NCBI RefSeq assembly: GCF_001194135.2
Contig: NC_068994.1
Span: forward strand, 5,770,726 to 5,834,725
From: Octopus bimaculoides
Lineage: Eukaryota
Direction: 5' to 3'
Length of the DNA stretch: 64,000 nt
The translations under genes and the position numbers were made by a program. Shown piece after piece: positions 1-25,900 of this stretch. Numbering within the stretch: the first letter of the stretch is position 1; every line of letters starts with the position of its first letter. Under the pieces are notes generated by a model. That model worked only from the letters and a program-made list of their open reading frames with translations, was not told where the DNA came from and did no database searches.

Positions 1-13614
<13,614 letters not shown>

Positions 13615-16600
13615 CTTTGATGTTTGGTTGCAATTATTCTATGCCGCGGTGGTTGAAGATGATGATGGTTATGTTCCAAATTGTGTAAAAGAAACAGAAT
13701 ATCTTAGACTTGTGAAACAAATATTCAGTTCTTCATGAGATAAAGAGTTGATTTATAAAAAAATAATTAAAAGAAAGGGTATAAAGGTCAAACGACTTGT
13801 GATTAATCTCTCAACCAGTTATCATTGACAAAGATATGGATTTTTGTGGAGGACGACGGCGATCTGGTAATGTTCACTGTCACGGGATGAAACAGGGGCA
13901 AGTAACTGCGAAATAAGTAAACAAAGAGGAAGGGGAAGAAAATAGTGAATGGGAGGCGGTGAAGAATGATTATATAAGGTATTGAGTAGTGGGAGGAGGA
14001 GATATTCGTGAATGTTAAAGGGAGGTAATTCAAAATTATTTGTCGATCGTTTATTATAATATCCATTCATATTATTAGAAAATATCGATCATCGATCTAT
14101 GTGAAGAAGAAAAGTTGGCCCTCGGCGAGATTTGAACACAAAACGTGGAAATATAGGCAATTTGTTGGACACTCTAACGATTTTATTAATCTATCCACTA
14201 TGAAATAGTTTATTGCTATTGAGAAAAAATTGTTGAAGTCGGCTCTGAACAAGCAAACATCGCCAAAAGCATTCCTTTCAGACTTGACAAAACCAGTCTT
14301 CGTTTTGTTTTGTCTTTTTTTTTTACTTTTTTATGGGATCCATTTTCCCCACACCGCTGTGATATTATGGAAAAGTTTTTTTGTTTTAGGTTGTTTTTTT
14401 TTCTTGTCAAAAAGTGACATTACGTCAATCTCAACTTTATTTATATTAAAGAAATTAAACCTCAAATTAACATTTACTCTGAAATTTTTGCAAACCCTAC
14501 ACCTATATCCTAACCCGAACCCTATTTTAAGAGTATATTTGTTGCTATGAGAACAAATAACAAATAGTGGATTCCGTAATGAGTTCAAATCCCGCCAGGG
14601 TCAACTTTTCTTCTTTATCCTTTCATGGAAATTATATCCTTCTATAAGAAAAAAAAGACGGGATGGTCACGGTTGAAATGATTTTGAACGCAAGATTGAT
14701 CTTGGTAATAGGAAGAGCTCCATTCAGCATCATTGTTTCTACATCAGTGACATTATATGGAGAAGTCACCTCGCCAATACGAAGAAGCTTCTACGCGGTC
14801 GTTTTATATGCTGGAAATAATAACCAAATCTCTCTCAAATCACACCTTTCAGTCCTGTAAAAAAAATTGAGGATACATTGATTAATGTAGTCCTGAAAAG
14901 AAAAAAACAGATGGTTACTAGAACGTCTTCAATCATAAATCTCCTTGTTCGGGATTAAACAAATAATTCACACATTTTATATTTATTAATATAAAATGTG
15001 TATAAGTAAGGTGAATGGGCAGAATCGTTAGCACGCCGGACTAAATGCTCAGCAGCATTTCGTCCGTCTTTTAGTTCAAATTCCACCGTGGTTGGCTTTA
15101 CCTTTTATCTTTTCGGGGTCGATAAAATAAGTATTATTCAAGCACTGGGGTCGATGTAATCGACTTAGCCCTTCCCCTCAAATTACTGGCCTTGTGCCAA
15201 AATTTGAAACCAATATATGATATATAGTACCAATCAAATACTAGAAACGATGGCACTGACTAATTAACGTGCAAGAGCACACCACAGACACGCGTAATCT
15301 TAACTTAGTTCTCAGGGAGATTCAGAATGAAAGAGAATGTGACAAGGATAACACTTTGAAGCACAAGTACTACGCATTTGTACCAGCTGAGTTGACTGGA
15401 GCAACATTGAATAAAGTGTTTTGCTTAAGGACAACCGAACCACTAAGACACGCGTCTTCACAAGCTAGAAACTATGGTTGAGCAAGTATAGCTAGGGGAA
15501 TACGAGTGAGACGGTCCGCCTCGAGCAACGCCTTTATGCGTGCTGCACTTTTGGGGGCCTGCTATATAAACCTGTATAAGTATGGGAACCCGGTGGGTGC
15601 GGAAATTCAAGGGCTGTCCCGGACGCGAAATTTTTTCCCACGAGAGTTCCGGATCCCAGTTATGAACTCATTTGTATACAGCCGATCAGTATTTCTTTAC
15701 TACCCCCCCCCCTTGTGGGTAGTAAAGAAATAACACACATACACATGCATAAAAGGATAGGTATGAATACAGATTTTCAGTTTTGCCTGTTACAACGTAT
15801 ATTTTAATAAAGATAACACAACGTTTTTGCTTTACCCAGAAGCTTCGTAAAATCTTACAAGTTTGACAATCTGTTAGAATTCTAGACGACCCTCCATTTT
15901 AGCAATCGATGAGTATATCTAGTGCAAGCTATTAGTAGTCAACTGCGCAATGGACTTTGCGTAATATTTTTAAGAATTCGTCTTCTTTTAAGACAACATT
16001 CCATTGCATTGAAACATGACAAAAAGCCAAATAGACATGTGTTGTTTGATTAGCAGTCACTTGCGCAGCTACTTATATTCCAGAGAAATCGAAGAGAAAG
16101 TTGTTTAAGGAGAAAGGAATGTGGTGAGAACATAACATCTTGTGCATTGTTCATTGTGAAGGTAATAATAATTACATCGCCATCTCTTTCAGAAAACACC
16201 GTTAGGTTAGTCAGTGTAAAAGCTAGATTAAATAACCTTTTGTCTTGAATTTCTGCCTTGACATTACTAACGTCAATTTAACTCTGATTCTTAAGAATGG
16301 GACATGAATTTAAGGAAATTAGTTTGAGGATTGCATTTAGCGGTTTACGATTTCCAGTTCAAGCTCTAGCTGTATTGGTTTCACTTAATTTTATCATTCT
16401 GAAGAATAAGTTTGTCCAATTGGTTGGAAACGACATTGATTAAGCTTTTTTTTTTTTTTTTTTTTTTTAGTTCAACTCGTATGTGATCTCTTTACCCCTG
16501 ACAAGTCTCACTGACTTCCAGTTCTTTAAAACTGTAGGGGCAGTCGTAAATTATCAATTCATCCTTTGATTTTCGTTTCCTCCTCATTGCCACTAACTTC

Positions 16601-17688
16601 GAAAGAGATGTCTGAGACGTTTAGTTCCTGTGTGTTTAGCAGGTATCGAAACCTCGGGCTAGGTTTTTCTATTACCTTCTTTCCTTTGTTCTCGGCATCA
16701 GTACTCGGAAATGTACGAGAGTCAACTGTCATGCTTCTTTCACCTTAGCTAAGCCTTGTTCTTTCCCTCGACATCTTAGTTGAAATTTAGTTACTGATAA
16801 ACTTCTGTCCACTTTGTTTCTTCTTCCTACCTACTTTTAGCTTTCAAACATGTAGAAGTTCGCACCTTCCCCGTATATTTTCAGACAATTCGTTTTCGGT
16901 CCTGGACGTCGCACATCTATCTCTTTCTAGCATCGACACAAACATTACCAAATGTTCTGCAACCCTTATGGTTACTACCATCACTTTACCACTGGAAAAC
17001 AGCCGACTACTTCAGAGTCTGCACACCATCCCTGACGAGGGAAAATGTGACGGATAAATGAAGTTCTTAAGAATTTCCTTTTTTCTTCTGTTAATTCATT
17101 TTGGTGCATATCTCACTGTTCCACAAAGATTTAATTAACCTGCTATTAATTCTAATCACCACTGCATCCGTTACATCTATCAGTAATGTAACATATACCT
17201 GTTACATATCTCATGCTGTTTCAGGAAGAGTAACCCTTGTCAAGCTGATTTGCTTAGAATACATATAGTAAAGACTATGGGATCGATAGTGCACCTAATA
17301 GACAATAATCTAAGGCAGTACTTCTCAAACTCTCTGATGTAACGTACTCTTTAGCCTCACATCTGTATGAATACATATTCTTTTATTTTTTCACTTGCTT
17401 CAATCATTTGACTGCGGCCATGCTGGAGCATCGCATTTAATCGAACAAATCGACCCCAGGACTTATTCTTTGTTAGCCTAGTACTTCATCTATCCGTCTG
17501 TTTTGCCGAACCGCTAAGTTACGGGGACGACCTCAAAATTGCTGGTCTTGTGCCAACATCAGAAACTGGCATTAAAAATATAAATGATCCCGTTGATATT
17601 AATAACAAATACATTTGGCTGAACAAGAGTAACAAGTGTAGAGAATTAGCAACAAAAGTGTCGCCCCTTTTAGTAAAATATCACAAGC

Positions 17689-17693
17689 AAAAA
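17689..17693 (-). terminator. Pol III terminator (T5) of tRNA-Leu
   Basis: Run of five T on the minus strand starting 6 nt after the discriminator base. Confidence 0.75.
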
Positions 17694-17698
17694 CTAGC

Positions 17699-17780
17699 TG
17701 GCAGTGATGGGATTCGAACCCACGCCTCCGAAGAGACTGGTGCCTAAAACCAGCGCCTTAGACCACTCGGCCACACTACC
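17699..17780 (-). tRNA. tRNA-Leu, anticodon UAG (82 nt, class II)
   Basis: GGTAGTGTGGCCGAGTGGTCTAAGGCGCTGGTTTTAGGCACCAGTCTCTTCGGAGGCGTGGGTTCGAATCCCATCACTGCCA: acceptor stem GGTAGTG/CACTGCC, D stem GCC/GGC, anticodon stem CTGGT/ACCAG with loop TTTAGGC, variable arm with TTCG loop, intact TTCGAAT T-loop. Confidence 0.97.
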
Positions 17781-20002
17781 TCTCTGCCTGCTGATGTTCA
17801 AAAATATATAATAGTAATGAATTTAACAGATTATGTGTGTGCGTACAAATATACGTACAGACATGCGTTTCTACGTACATATTTGCGTAGTGACGCAGAC
17901 GAGGTCGAGTAGTTAAAAACTTCACCTTGCAAACTTCAAGTCACGAGTTCGATCNNNNNNNNNNNNNNNNNNNNNNNNNNNNNNNNNNNNNNNNNNNNNN
18001 NNNNNNNNNNNNNNNNNNNNNNNNNNNNNNNNNNNNNNNNNNNNNNNNNNNNNNNNNNNNNNNNNNNNNNNNNNNNNNNNNNNNNNNNNNNNNNNNNNNN
18101 NNNNNNNNNNNNNNNNNNNNNNNNNNNNNNNNNNNNNNNNNNNNNNNNNNNNNNNNNNNNNNNNNNNNNNNNNNNNNNNNNNNNNNNNNNNNNNNNNNNN
18201 NNNNNNNNNNNNNNNNNNNNNNNNNNNNNNNNNNNNNNNNNNNNNNNNNNNNNNNNNNNNNNNNNNNNNNNNNNNNNNNNNNNNNNNNNNNNNNNNNNNN
18301 NNNNNNNNNNNNNNNNNNNNNNNNNNNNNNNNNNNNNNNNNNNNNNNNNNNNNNNNNNNNNNNNNNNNNNNNNNNNNNNNNNGTGTAAAAGGAAACAAAC
18401 ATATAAAAAGAAAATTTATGCATAAACTTAATCGGTTCGTGTTTTAACCACTGCCGAGTAGTGTGTTTAATTTGTTCACTGAACACTGCTGCGAATTCCC
18501 CCTTGTTTTTCAAAAATCCCCCCTAAATCACAAAATAAGGTGCCCTATTTTTCAAATCCTGGCAGTAACACTGAAGCTGGAAGCAGGATAATAATCTAAA
18601 ACACGTTTTTAAGCACAACACAAGCAGAGTCAAAAAGAAACACTGCCTTTCACCGGCACTGTGTGAACGACAGTGCCGTCTCTCCCTAGCATGAAGCTTC
18701 CTATCTCGGACATGTGAGCATGTGCAAAACAGCCGAAAGTGCACAGTTCTATACAAAGATTTTTTTTTTTTTTTCATAAACTAGGGGATGGCTACTGACA
18801 TAAAGCTTAAGGAATATATAATGTCCAAGTATAAAGAAATAATTAAAGAAGAAAGAACTCGTTATATTGAATGTTATCGATAATATCGAGTGGAATTAGG
18901 GGGTGCTGCAGCTCCACAGTTCCTATACAGGAGCCGCCACTGCCTGGGACAAAACATGCAATTGGTACAAGCGGCACCACCTTATGCCAAAAACACACGT
19001 CTTACGCTGCCGCCGCTGTAGCAACTCCACCGTCTCCTACCACTTGTATGTGATTTTTCAAATTGCTATCTTCTGTGCAATTTTTTAATCAAATTGTGTG
19101 TGGGGGGTGGGGGAGAGAGAGATTACTTAAGCTCAGATTAATGCTGCAATTGAAAAAACTGAAGTCAACAAGAATATACCATGTGTGTGTGTGTGTGTGT
19201 ACGTGTATCTGTTTCTGTGTTTGTCCTCCCCCCCCACCCGCCATCGCATGACAACCGATGCTGGTGTGTTTACGTCCCGGTAACCTAGCAGTTCCGCAAA
19301 AGAGACCGATAGAATAATTACTAGGCTTAAAGAATAAGTCCTGGAGTCAATTTCTTCGACTAAAGCCCTTTAAGGCGGTGCTCCAGCTTGGCCGCAGTCA
19401 AATGACTGAAACAAATAAAAGATTAGAAGAATATATGTAGAATATATATATATATAATTAAATTAAGCAGCGGTTTGGCAATTAATCACCAAAAAGGAAA
19501 ACTTTAATTGTCATTAGATATGGTAGAAGGCGTTAGAACACCTACAATGCTAGCAGGAGCTGGTTTGTTTATGTCCTTGTAACGTATCGGTTCACTGGAA
19601 GAGACCATTAGAATGAGTACCAGGCTATAAAAAAAAGTACTGGTGTCTGTTCCTTCGACTGAAGTCCTTGAAGGCGATGCTACAGCTTGACCGCAACACA
19701 CGCATAGACATATACGCAAAAACTCGTGAGAAAATAAAAGTGAACATTTGTTTTTAAGACGCTAGAATTAAAGATCGACTAAATTTATTTATAAGACTAC
19801 AAATAAAATCATTATCTAATAAAATACACATTTAAAAAGTCTTTATTTATTTTCATTTGAAAACAGACATTATCAAATTTACATCTTAAAACGTTCGTTT
19901 TTAGTTAAAACAAATTTAACAACGTGTCAGAATAGTATTCTGTTTTATTCTGTTGAATTCTGTTTTATTTTATTATTCTATTATTCTGGTTCCACTAATC
20001 CA

Positions 20003-20209
20003 GACGTCACAAACCAAACTTCCTGTTTACTATTTTCCAAGTCATCTTATTGCTCCGCAGTTAATAAAACATTAATATAAATAAAATCCCATATTTAATT
20101 ATTTCCAATTATATTTATTTTAATCGTTCTTATAATTCCCATATTACACTAAACTTCACATAGAATAAATATATAAAGGCAATACAATTTTGACAACAAT
20201 ATAGTAAGT
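20003..20209 (+). promoter_or_regulatory. Candidate UFD1 promoter / non-coding first exon
   Basis: CRE-like GACGTCA (20003-20009), ETS-like ACTTCCTG (20018-20025), donor GTAAGT at 20204-20209 upstream of the ATG exon; motif-level evidence only. Confidence 0.35.
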
Positions 20210-20448
20210 GCGCAACTGTTTAATAAACATTGAGGAAAATTTCGTGTCTGGATTTCCATCCTTTTTTATCTTGATTGAGTTAAATTCTCTCCATAATATT
20301 TACATTTAACGAGTATATATAATTACAAGGATTAAATAGGCAATATCATATCCCAAGGATATATCTTTTTTGATATATTTTAATTCCATATTGAGAATAT
20401 TAATATTTTAATTAACCTTGTGTAGAGTTTTGAAGAAAAACAATTCCA

Positions 20449-20451
20449 ATG
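20449..20451 (+). CDS. UFD1: UFD1 ATG-only coding exon (exon probably 20426-20451)
   Basis: ATG followed directly by gtaagt; upstream acceptor ttaaccttgtgtag ending 20425; phase 0 matches the next exon, which has no start codon of its own before the conserved region. Confidence 0.65.
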
Positions 20452-22850
20452 GTAAGTCTTTGTTTTATTATTTTTTCAACTTTTCGTGACAACGATATGA
20501 ATTCTTGGGTTTGTTTTGATTTCGTTGTTTTCGCCAATAATGTGGGATTAACGGTGCTACATGATATAAAAGGAGGATCACGAATCAACAGTGGCCGAGA
20601 CAAAACGCTCGTTAATTTTATATATCTTTAATCTTTACATATGGGAGGTCTTTTAAACATTAGGTTTTACATAGGATAGGTGAAAAAAAATATATAGAAA
20701 GCTCGATCCGGTAGAAATAGCAGCCAAAAATCTTCGTATGACACCGTATGATGTCCCAGATATCCTTAGAGATGGTGGCCATAGTTGGAATACCAGGAAC
20801 CTTAGATTAGCTTCATCACACGCAAGCCTTCGAAGTTAGTTTCTACGCTGTCAAAGGTCATTGAATTTCTAAATTCTTAACAATAGTGGTGAGAATGTAA
20901 GATTCATTAGAAAGAACACCAAAATGTAGACGTGATGGTCATGGCCAGAATGACTTCAGGGCTGACCTGGGGCGAAACAATGACTATTCAAAGTAATTAT
21001 GATAGTTGCCAACTGTAATCAAGAATTATTTGAGGTCACGGTTGGAACGCCTTTCATCGTTAATTTTAGTGGGATCAGAGAAGTCTAGAGAAAAGTAAGT
21101 GGAAATTATGCAACAGCTGCCCCTCGAAGTCCCACACCACATAAGAAAGGCAAAAGGATGTGGAGACAGAGGACAAAAATCTAAACAGAAGAATTAAATT
21201 GAATCAAATTTTCGAAGAAAATTCAGAATTATTATTTCCATTCTATGATACACAAGAGAACTAAAAAAAAAAAAAAAGAGATAATGGAGTGGGGGGAAAC
21301 CCTTTTCCTTTTTCATGAGATATGGGACTTCGAGGGACAGCTTTCCAAAAATTCTCCCCGTGAATTGACGGGTAATCTTGATTATGTTCGTAGAAAGAAC
21401 GTCCTCGATCCCCATATGACAAAATAACAATATGTCTGTGTGTGTACGTACATACACATCTATTATACTACAGTATACACACAACACAATTGTATATGCT
21501 CATACAACACCTCTGTTCAGATAAACATTAACTTCAAGTCGCCAGTCTTTTATTCTAAACAAACCATTATTTACCATGCAGACAAATCCTAATAAAATAG
21601 AAAATTGCTCAGGCATTCTGAAATAAACTTGGTTATTTTTTTATTATTTTATTTACGTTCTGAATTCAAATGCCACTGAAGTCGACTTTGTCTTTCATTC
21701 TCTCAGGGGCAATGAAATGAGTACCAGTTGAGCACGGGTCAATGTAATCGGCTAATCCCCCCCAAAAAAAAAACGATTCAGGCCTTGTGCCTATAGGCGT
21801 GGACGAGGGTTCCAGTCGATCCAATCAACAGAACAGCCTCCTCGTGGAATTTACATGCAAGTGGCTGAGCATCCACTGACACGTGTACCCCTAACATAGT
21901 TCTCGGGGATATTCAGCGTGACACAGTGTGACAAGGCTGGCCCTTTGAATTACAGTCACAAAAGAAACAGAAAGAAAGAGCGAGAGAAAGTTGTGGTGAA
22001 AGAGCACAACAGGGTTCACCACCATCCCCTGCCAGAGCCTCGTGGAGCTTTAGGTGTTTCCGTTCAATAAACACTCACAACTTCTTAACCACAAAACAGC
22101 CCCTATGCCTATCACAGCCATTCCTGTGCCTATAATCTTCACAGATGAAATGTTGCAAACACACTTGGATGGAATAAAAAAGAAAAGGATGAGAAGAACA
22201 CAGAAATTTATGAGGCCAGCTAAAATGAAATAAAATAAATACAGATATGATAACAGAAGTAAGGATCATTTCCTAAAGAGAATTCACCTATGTACAGTCA
22301 GGGAACTGTAGTACTAAATACATGCAAAAATTACAATTAGTAATTTTAAATCAATGCTTTTCAACCCTTTTTGTTTCACCCACTCCTCATGCCAATTTAC
22401 AGAACAAAAATGGCATCTCATGATAACAGATACAGGTAGTATAAAGTATATACACACACCAATCAGTGTATACAATTATTATACACCCACTCTATTACCA
22501 AATATACGGCTTCATTTTTTTTATTTAAATATTCTTAGACAACAACTTTGTGTGTGTGTGTGTTAGGAAGGGCATCCAGCTGTAGAAACCATGCCAAATA
22601 GGACTGGAAGCTAGTGCAGCTCAAACTGTCTAACCCATGCCAACATAGTGGACGTTAAATGATGATGACGATGATTTCACAAAAAAACAACAGACGAAGA
22701 CAGGTGGTGTAAACAACAAATGGATGTATTAGTATAATGCTTGGGAATAGAGAAAGTCTTTAATGTTTCGAGCCTACGCTCTTCAACAGAAAGAAACAAG
22801 GAGAAAAAAAAAATATGTGTAGTCGTCAGCGATCTATCATGGCGAATATA

Positions 22851-22940
<90 letters not shown>

Positions 22941-25900
22941 CACATACATACATACACACACGGATTGATACTGAGTTAAAATTGTTCATAAGCTCTCAGT
23001 ATATGAAGATACACCAGGCTAATAAATATGGCCCGTGACAGATGTCAGAATCCAAGTAATCCAAATTCAGTGAGCTGTCACCAGTCAAATTTGTATCTAT
23101 CTGCTGACATTACTGGATTGAGTGGTACTGTGCAGGTATTGAAACCATATTGATATCCGTTTGGCAGCTGATGATCTGAATGCATATTTGTTATGCTTGT
23201 TTGTGGATTTTTATATCTTAGTTTTATTATTCAGAGTTGTCTTTCATGATAGTAAAGTGGAAAGTGCTTGCGGTTTCATGGTTTTTGGAGATTACATACA
23301 TTGATATTGGTTGTTTTTCTTCATAGATAATCTTATTAATCTTAGATAATGCATACATATTGGTGTCTAGTTTTGGGAGATTCTCAGTCAGTAGACTGTA
23401 GTTATTATGCTGGAGCGCCACTTTGCAGAATTTTAGCCAAACAAATTGACCCCAGTATTGTTTTTTTAAGCCTGGTGCTTATTCTCTTTGTCTCTTTGGC
23501 CAAACTGCCAAGTTACAGGGATGTCAACACACCAACACTGGTTATCAAGCAATAGTGGGGAACAAAACCAAAAACATATACACATTTATATTCTTTTATT
23601 TTTTTACTTGTTTCAGTAATTTTGACTGTGGCCATACTGGAGCACAGCATTTAGTCAAACAACTCGACCCCAGGACTTATTCTTTGTAAACCTAGTCCTT
23701 ATTCTTATTTCGTTATTGCCCACAAGGGGCTAAACATAGAGGGGACAAACAAGGACAGACAAAGGGATTAAGTCAATTACATCGACCCCAGTGCGTAACT
23801 GGTACTTAATTTATCGACCCCCGAAAGGATGAAAGGCAAAGTCGACCTCGGCGGAATTTGAACTCAGAACGTAACGGCAGACGAAATACCGCTAAGCATC
23901 TCGCCCGGCGCGCTAACGTTTCTGCCAGCTCGCCGCCTTCGTCCTTATTCTATCGATCTTTTTTGCCGAACCACTAAGTAACAGGGACGTAAATACACCA
24001 ACATCAGTTGTTAANNNNNNNNNNNNNNNNNNNNNNNNNNNNNNNNNNNNNNNNNNNNNNNNNNNNNNNNNNNNNNNNNNNNNNNNNNNNNNNNNNNNNN
24101 NNNNNNNNNNNNNNNNNNNNNNNNNNNNNNNNNNNNNNNNNNNNNNNNNNNNNNNNNNNNNNNNNNNNNNNNNNNNNNNNNNNNNNNNNNNNNNNNNNNN
24201 NNNNNNNNNNNNNNNNNNNNNNNNNNNNNNNNNNNNNNNNNNNNNNNNNNNNNNNNNNNNNNNNNNNNNNNNNNNNNNNNNNNNNNNNNNNNNNNNNNNN
24301 NNNNNNNNNNNNNNNNNNNNNNNNNNNNNNNNNNNNNNNNNNNNNNNNNNNNNNNNNNNNNNNNNNNNNNNNNNNNNNNNNNNNNNNNNNNNNNNNNNNN
24401 NNNNNNNNNNNNNNNNNNNNNNNNNNNNNNNNNNNNNNNNNNNNNNNNNNNNNNNNNNNNNNNNNNNNNNNNNNNNNNNNNNNNNNNNNNNNNNNNNNNN
24501 NNNNNNNNNNNNNNNNNNNNNNNNNNNNNNNNNNNNNNNNNNNNNNNNNNNNNNNNNNNNNNNNNNNNNNNNNNNNNNNNNNNNNNNNNNNNNNNNNNNN
24601 NNNNNNNNNNNNNNNNNNNNNNNNNNNNNNNNNNNNNNNNNNNNNNNNNNNNNNNNNTTTCTCCGACTATATTACCAATGCGTTCTTTTTACTGCGATTT
24701 GAAAGAGATTTGGTTGCTATTTCCAGCCGATAAAATGACCACCATATTAGAGTTCCTTCGGTGGGTTTCTTTTTTTTTTTTTTTTCTAATTATGTTGTAT
24801 CATAACTTCCTTATGTTGTTTAGTTACAATCCGGTCGCAGAACAGATAGATCTTTGGTCAAATGTATTCCACTTACGACCTTCCCGTTTTTTTTTTTTTT
24901 GTTTTGTTTTTTTCCAGGAATATACCCTCTTTCTTTTTCATTTAGACTGTCTGATGTGAGCCTAGGAAAATTTATCTGGTCTTTCTTGCCAGACAAGCAG
25001 CTGTGCCAAAGCTCCCTCGTTTATTCTTCTAGTATCTAAGCTGTATGGCTGTATCTAATAATCTTTTTATTGTCTTTCAACCTACTAGAGATGATAGGCA
25101 AGTCACATCCTATCATCTTAACAAAAAAAAAAACACAGGTGCATTGGATAATCATCATCATCATCGTCATCGTCGTTTAACGTCCGCTTTCCTTGCTGGC
25201 AAGGGTTGGACGGTTTGACTGAGGACTGGCAAGCTAGGGGGCTGTACCAGGCCCCAGTCTGATCTGGCAAGGTTTCTACAGCTGGATGCTCTTCCTAACA
25301 CCAACCACTCTGAGCATGTAGTGGGTGTTTTTTACGTACCACCGACACGAGAGCCAGTCAGGCGGTACTGGCTGGCATCGACCACGCTTGAATGGTGCTT
25401 TTTTATGTTCAAGCATGGTCGATGCCAGTATAATGTAGTTTTAAATACCCTTAAGAAAGACAGGAGGGTCGTGGTCGAAATGCCTTCAACCATAAGTGTA
25501 GTAGGCACTATACTGATGGCATCCAGCGGTCTCGTGAGACCATGGATCTGCGCCCGAAGAAATCGTGTCTGCTGCTGATGGTGGTGCAGTGTCCGGTGTG
25601 GGTGTGGCAGTCACTCATACAACAACTGCATTTGAAGGAGATAATTTAAATTGATCTTCAACTAAACAACAACAGGGCATTATTGCAAACCTGTCTGCAG
25701 TGCTTGCAGTAGAAGAGATTTCCCTGAAGGGACACAACAGAGGCTGAATAGAATGTCTCCACAGTCAAAACTAAAGAATAACAATGGAATAGTTCAGTAA
25801 AATCTAATAAAGAAGATGGCAGGACTCTGTTCATTTTCAGGTTTTAGGAGATTCTTCTTATCCGGACATCTAAGTGTTCCATTAACCCTTTAACATTTAA

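Noticed and set aside
18654-19025. Structured ncRNA (9-bp hairpin 18654-18678; several GC-rich stems at 18900-19025)
   Set aside because: The motifs (GGTGCTGCAGC, GGAGCCGCCACTG, CAAATCCTGG) look like MITE termini; no Pol III or snRNA/snoRNA signature was recognised.
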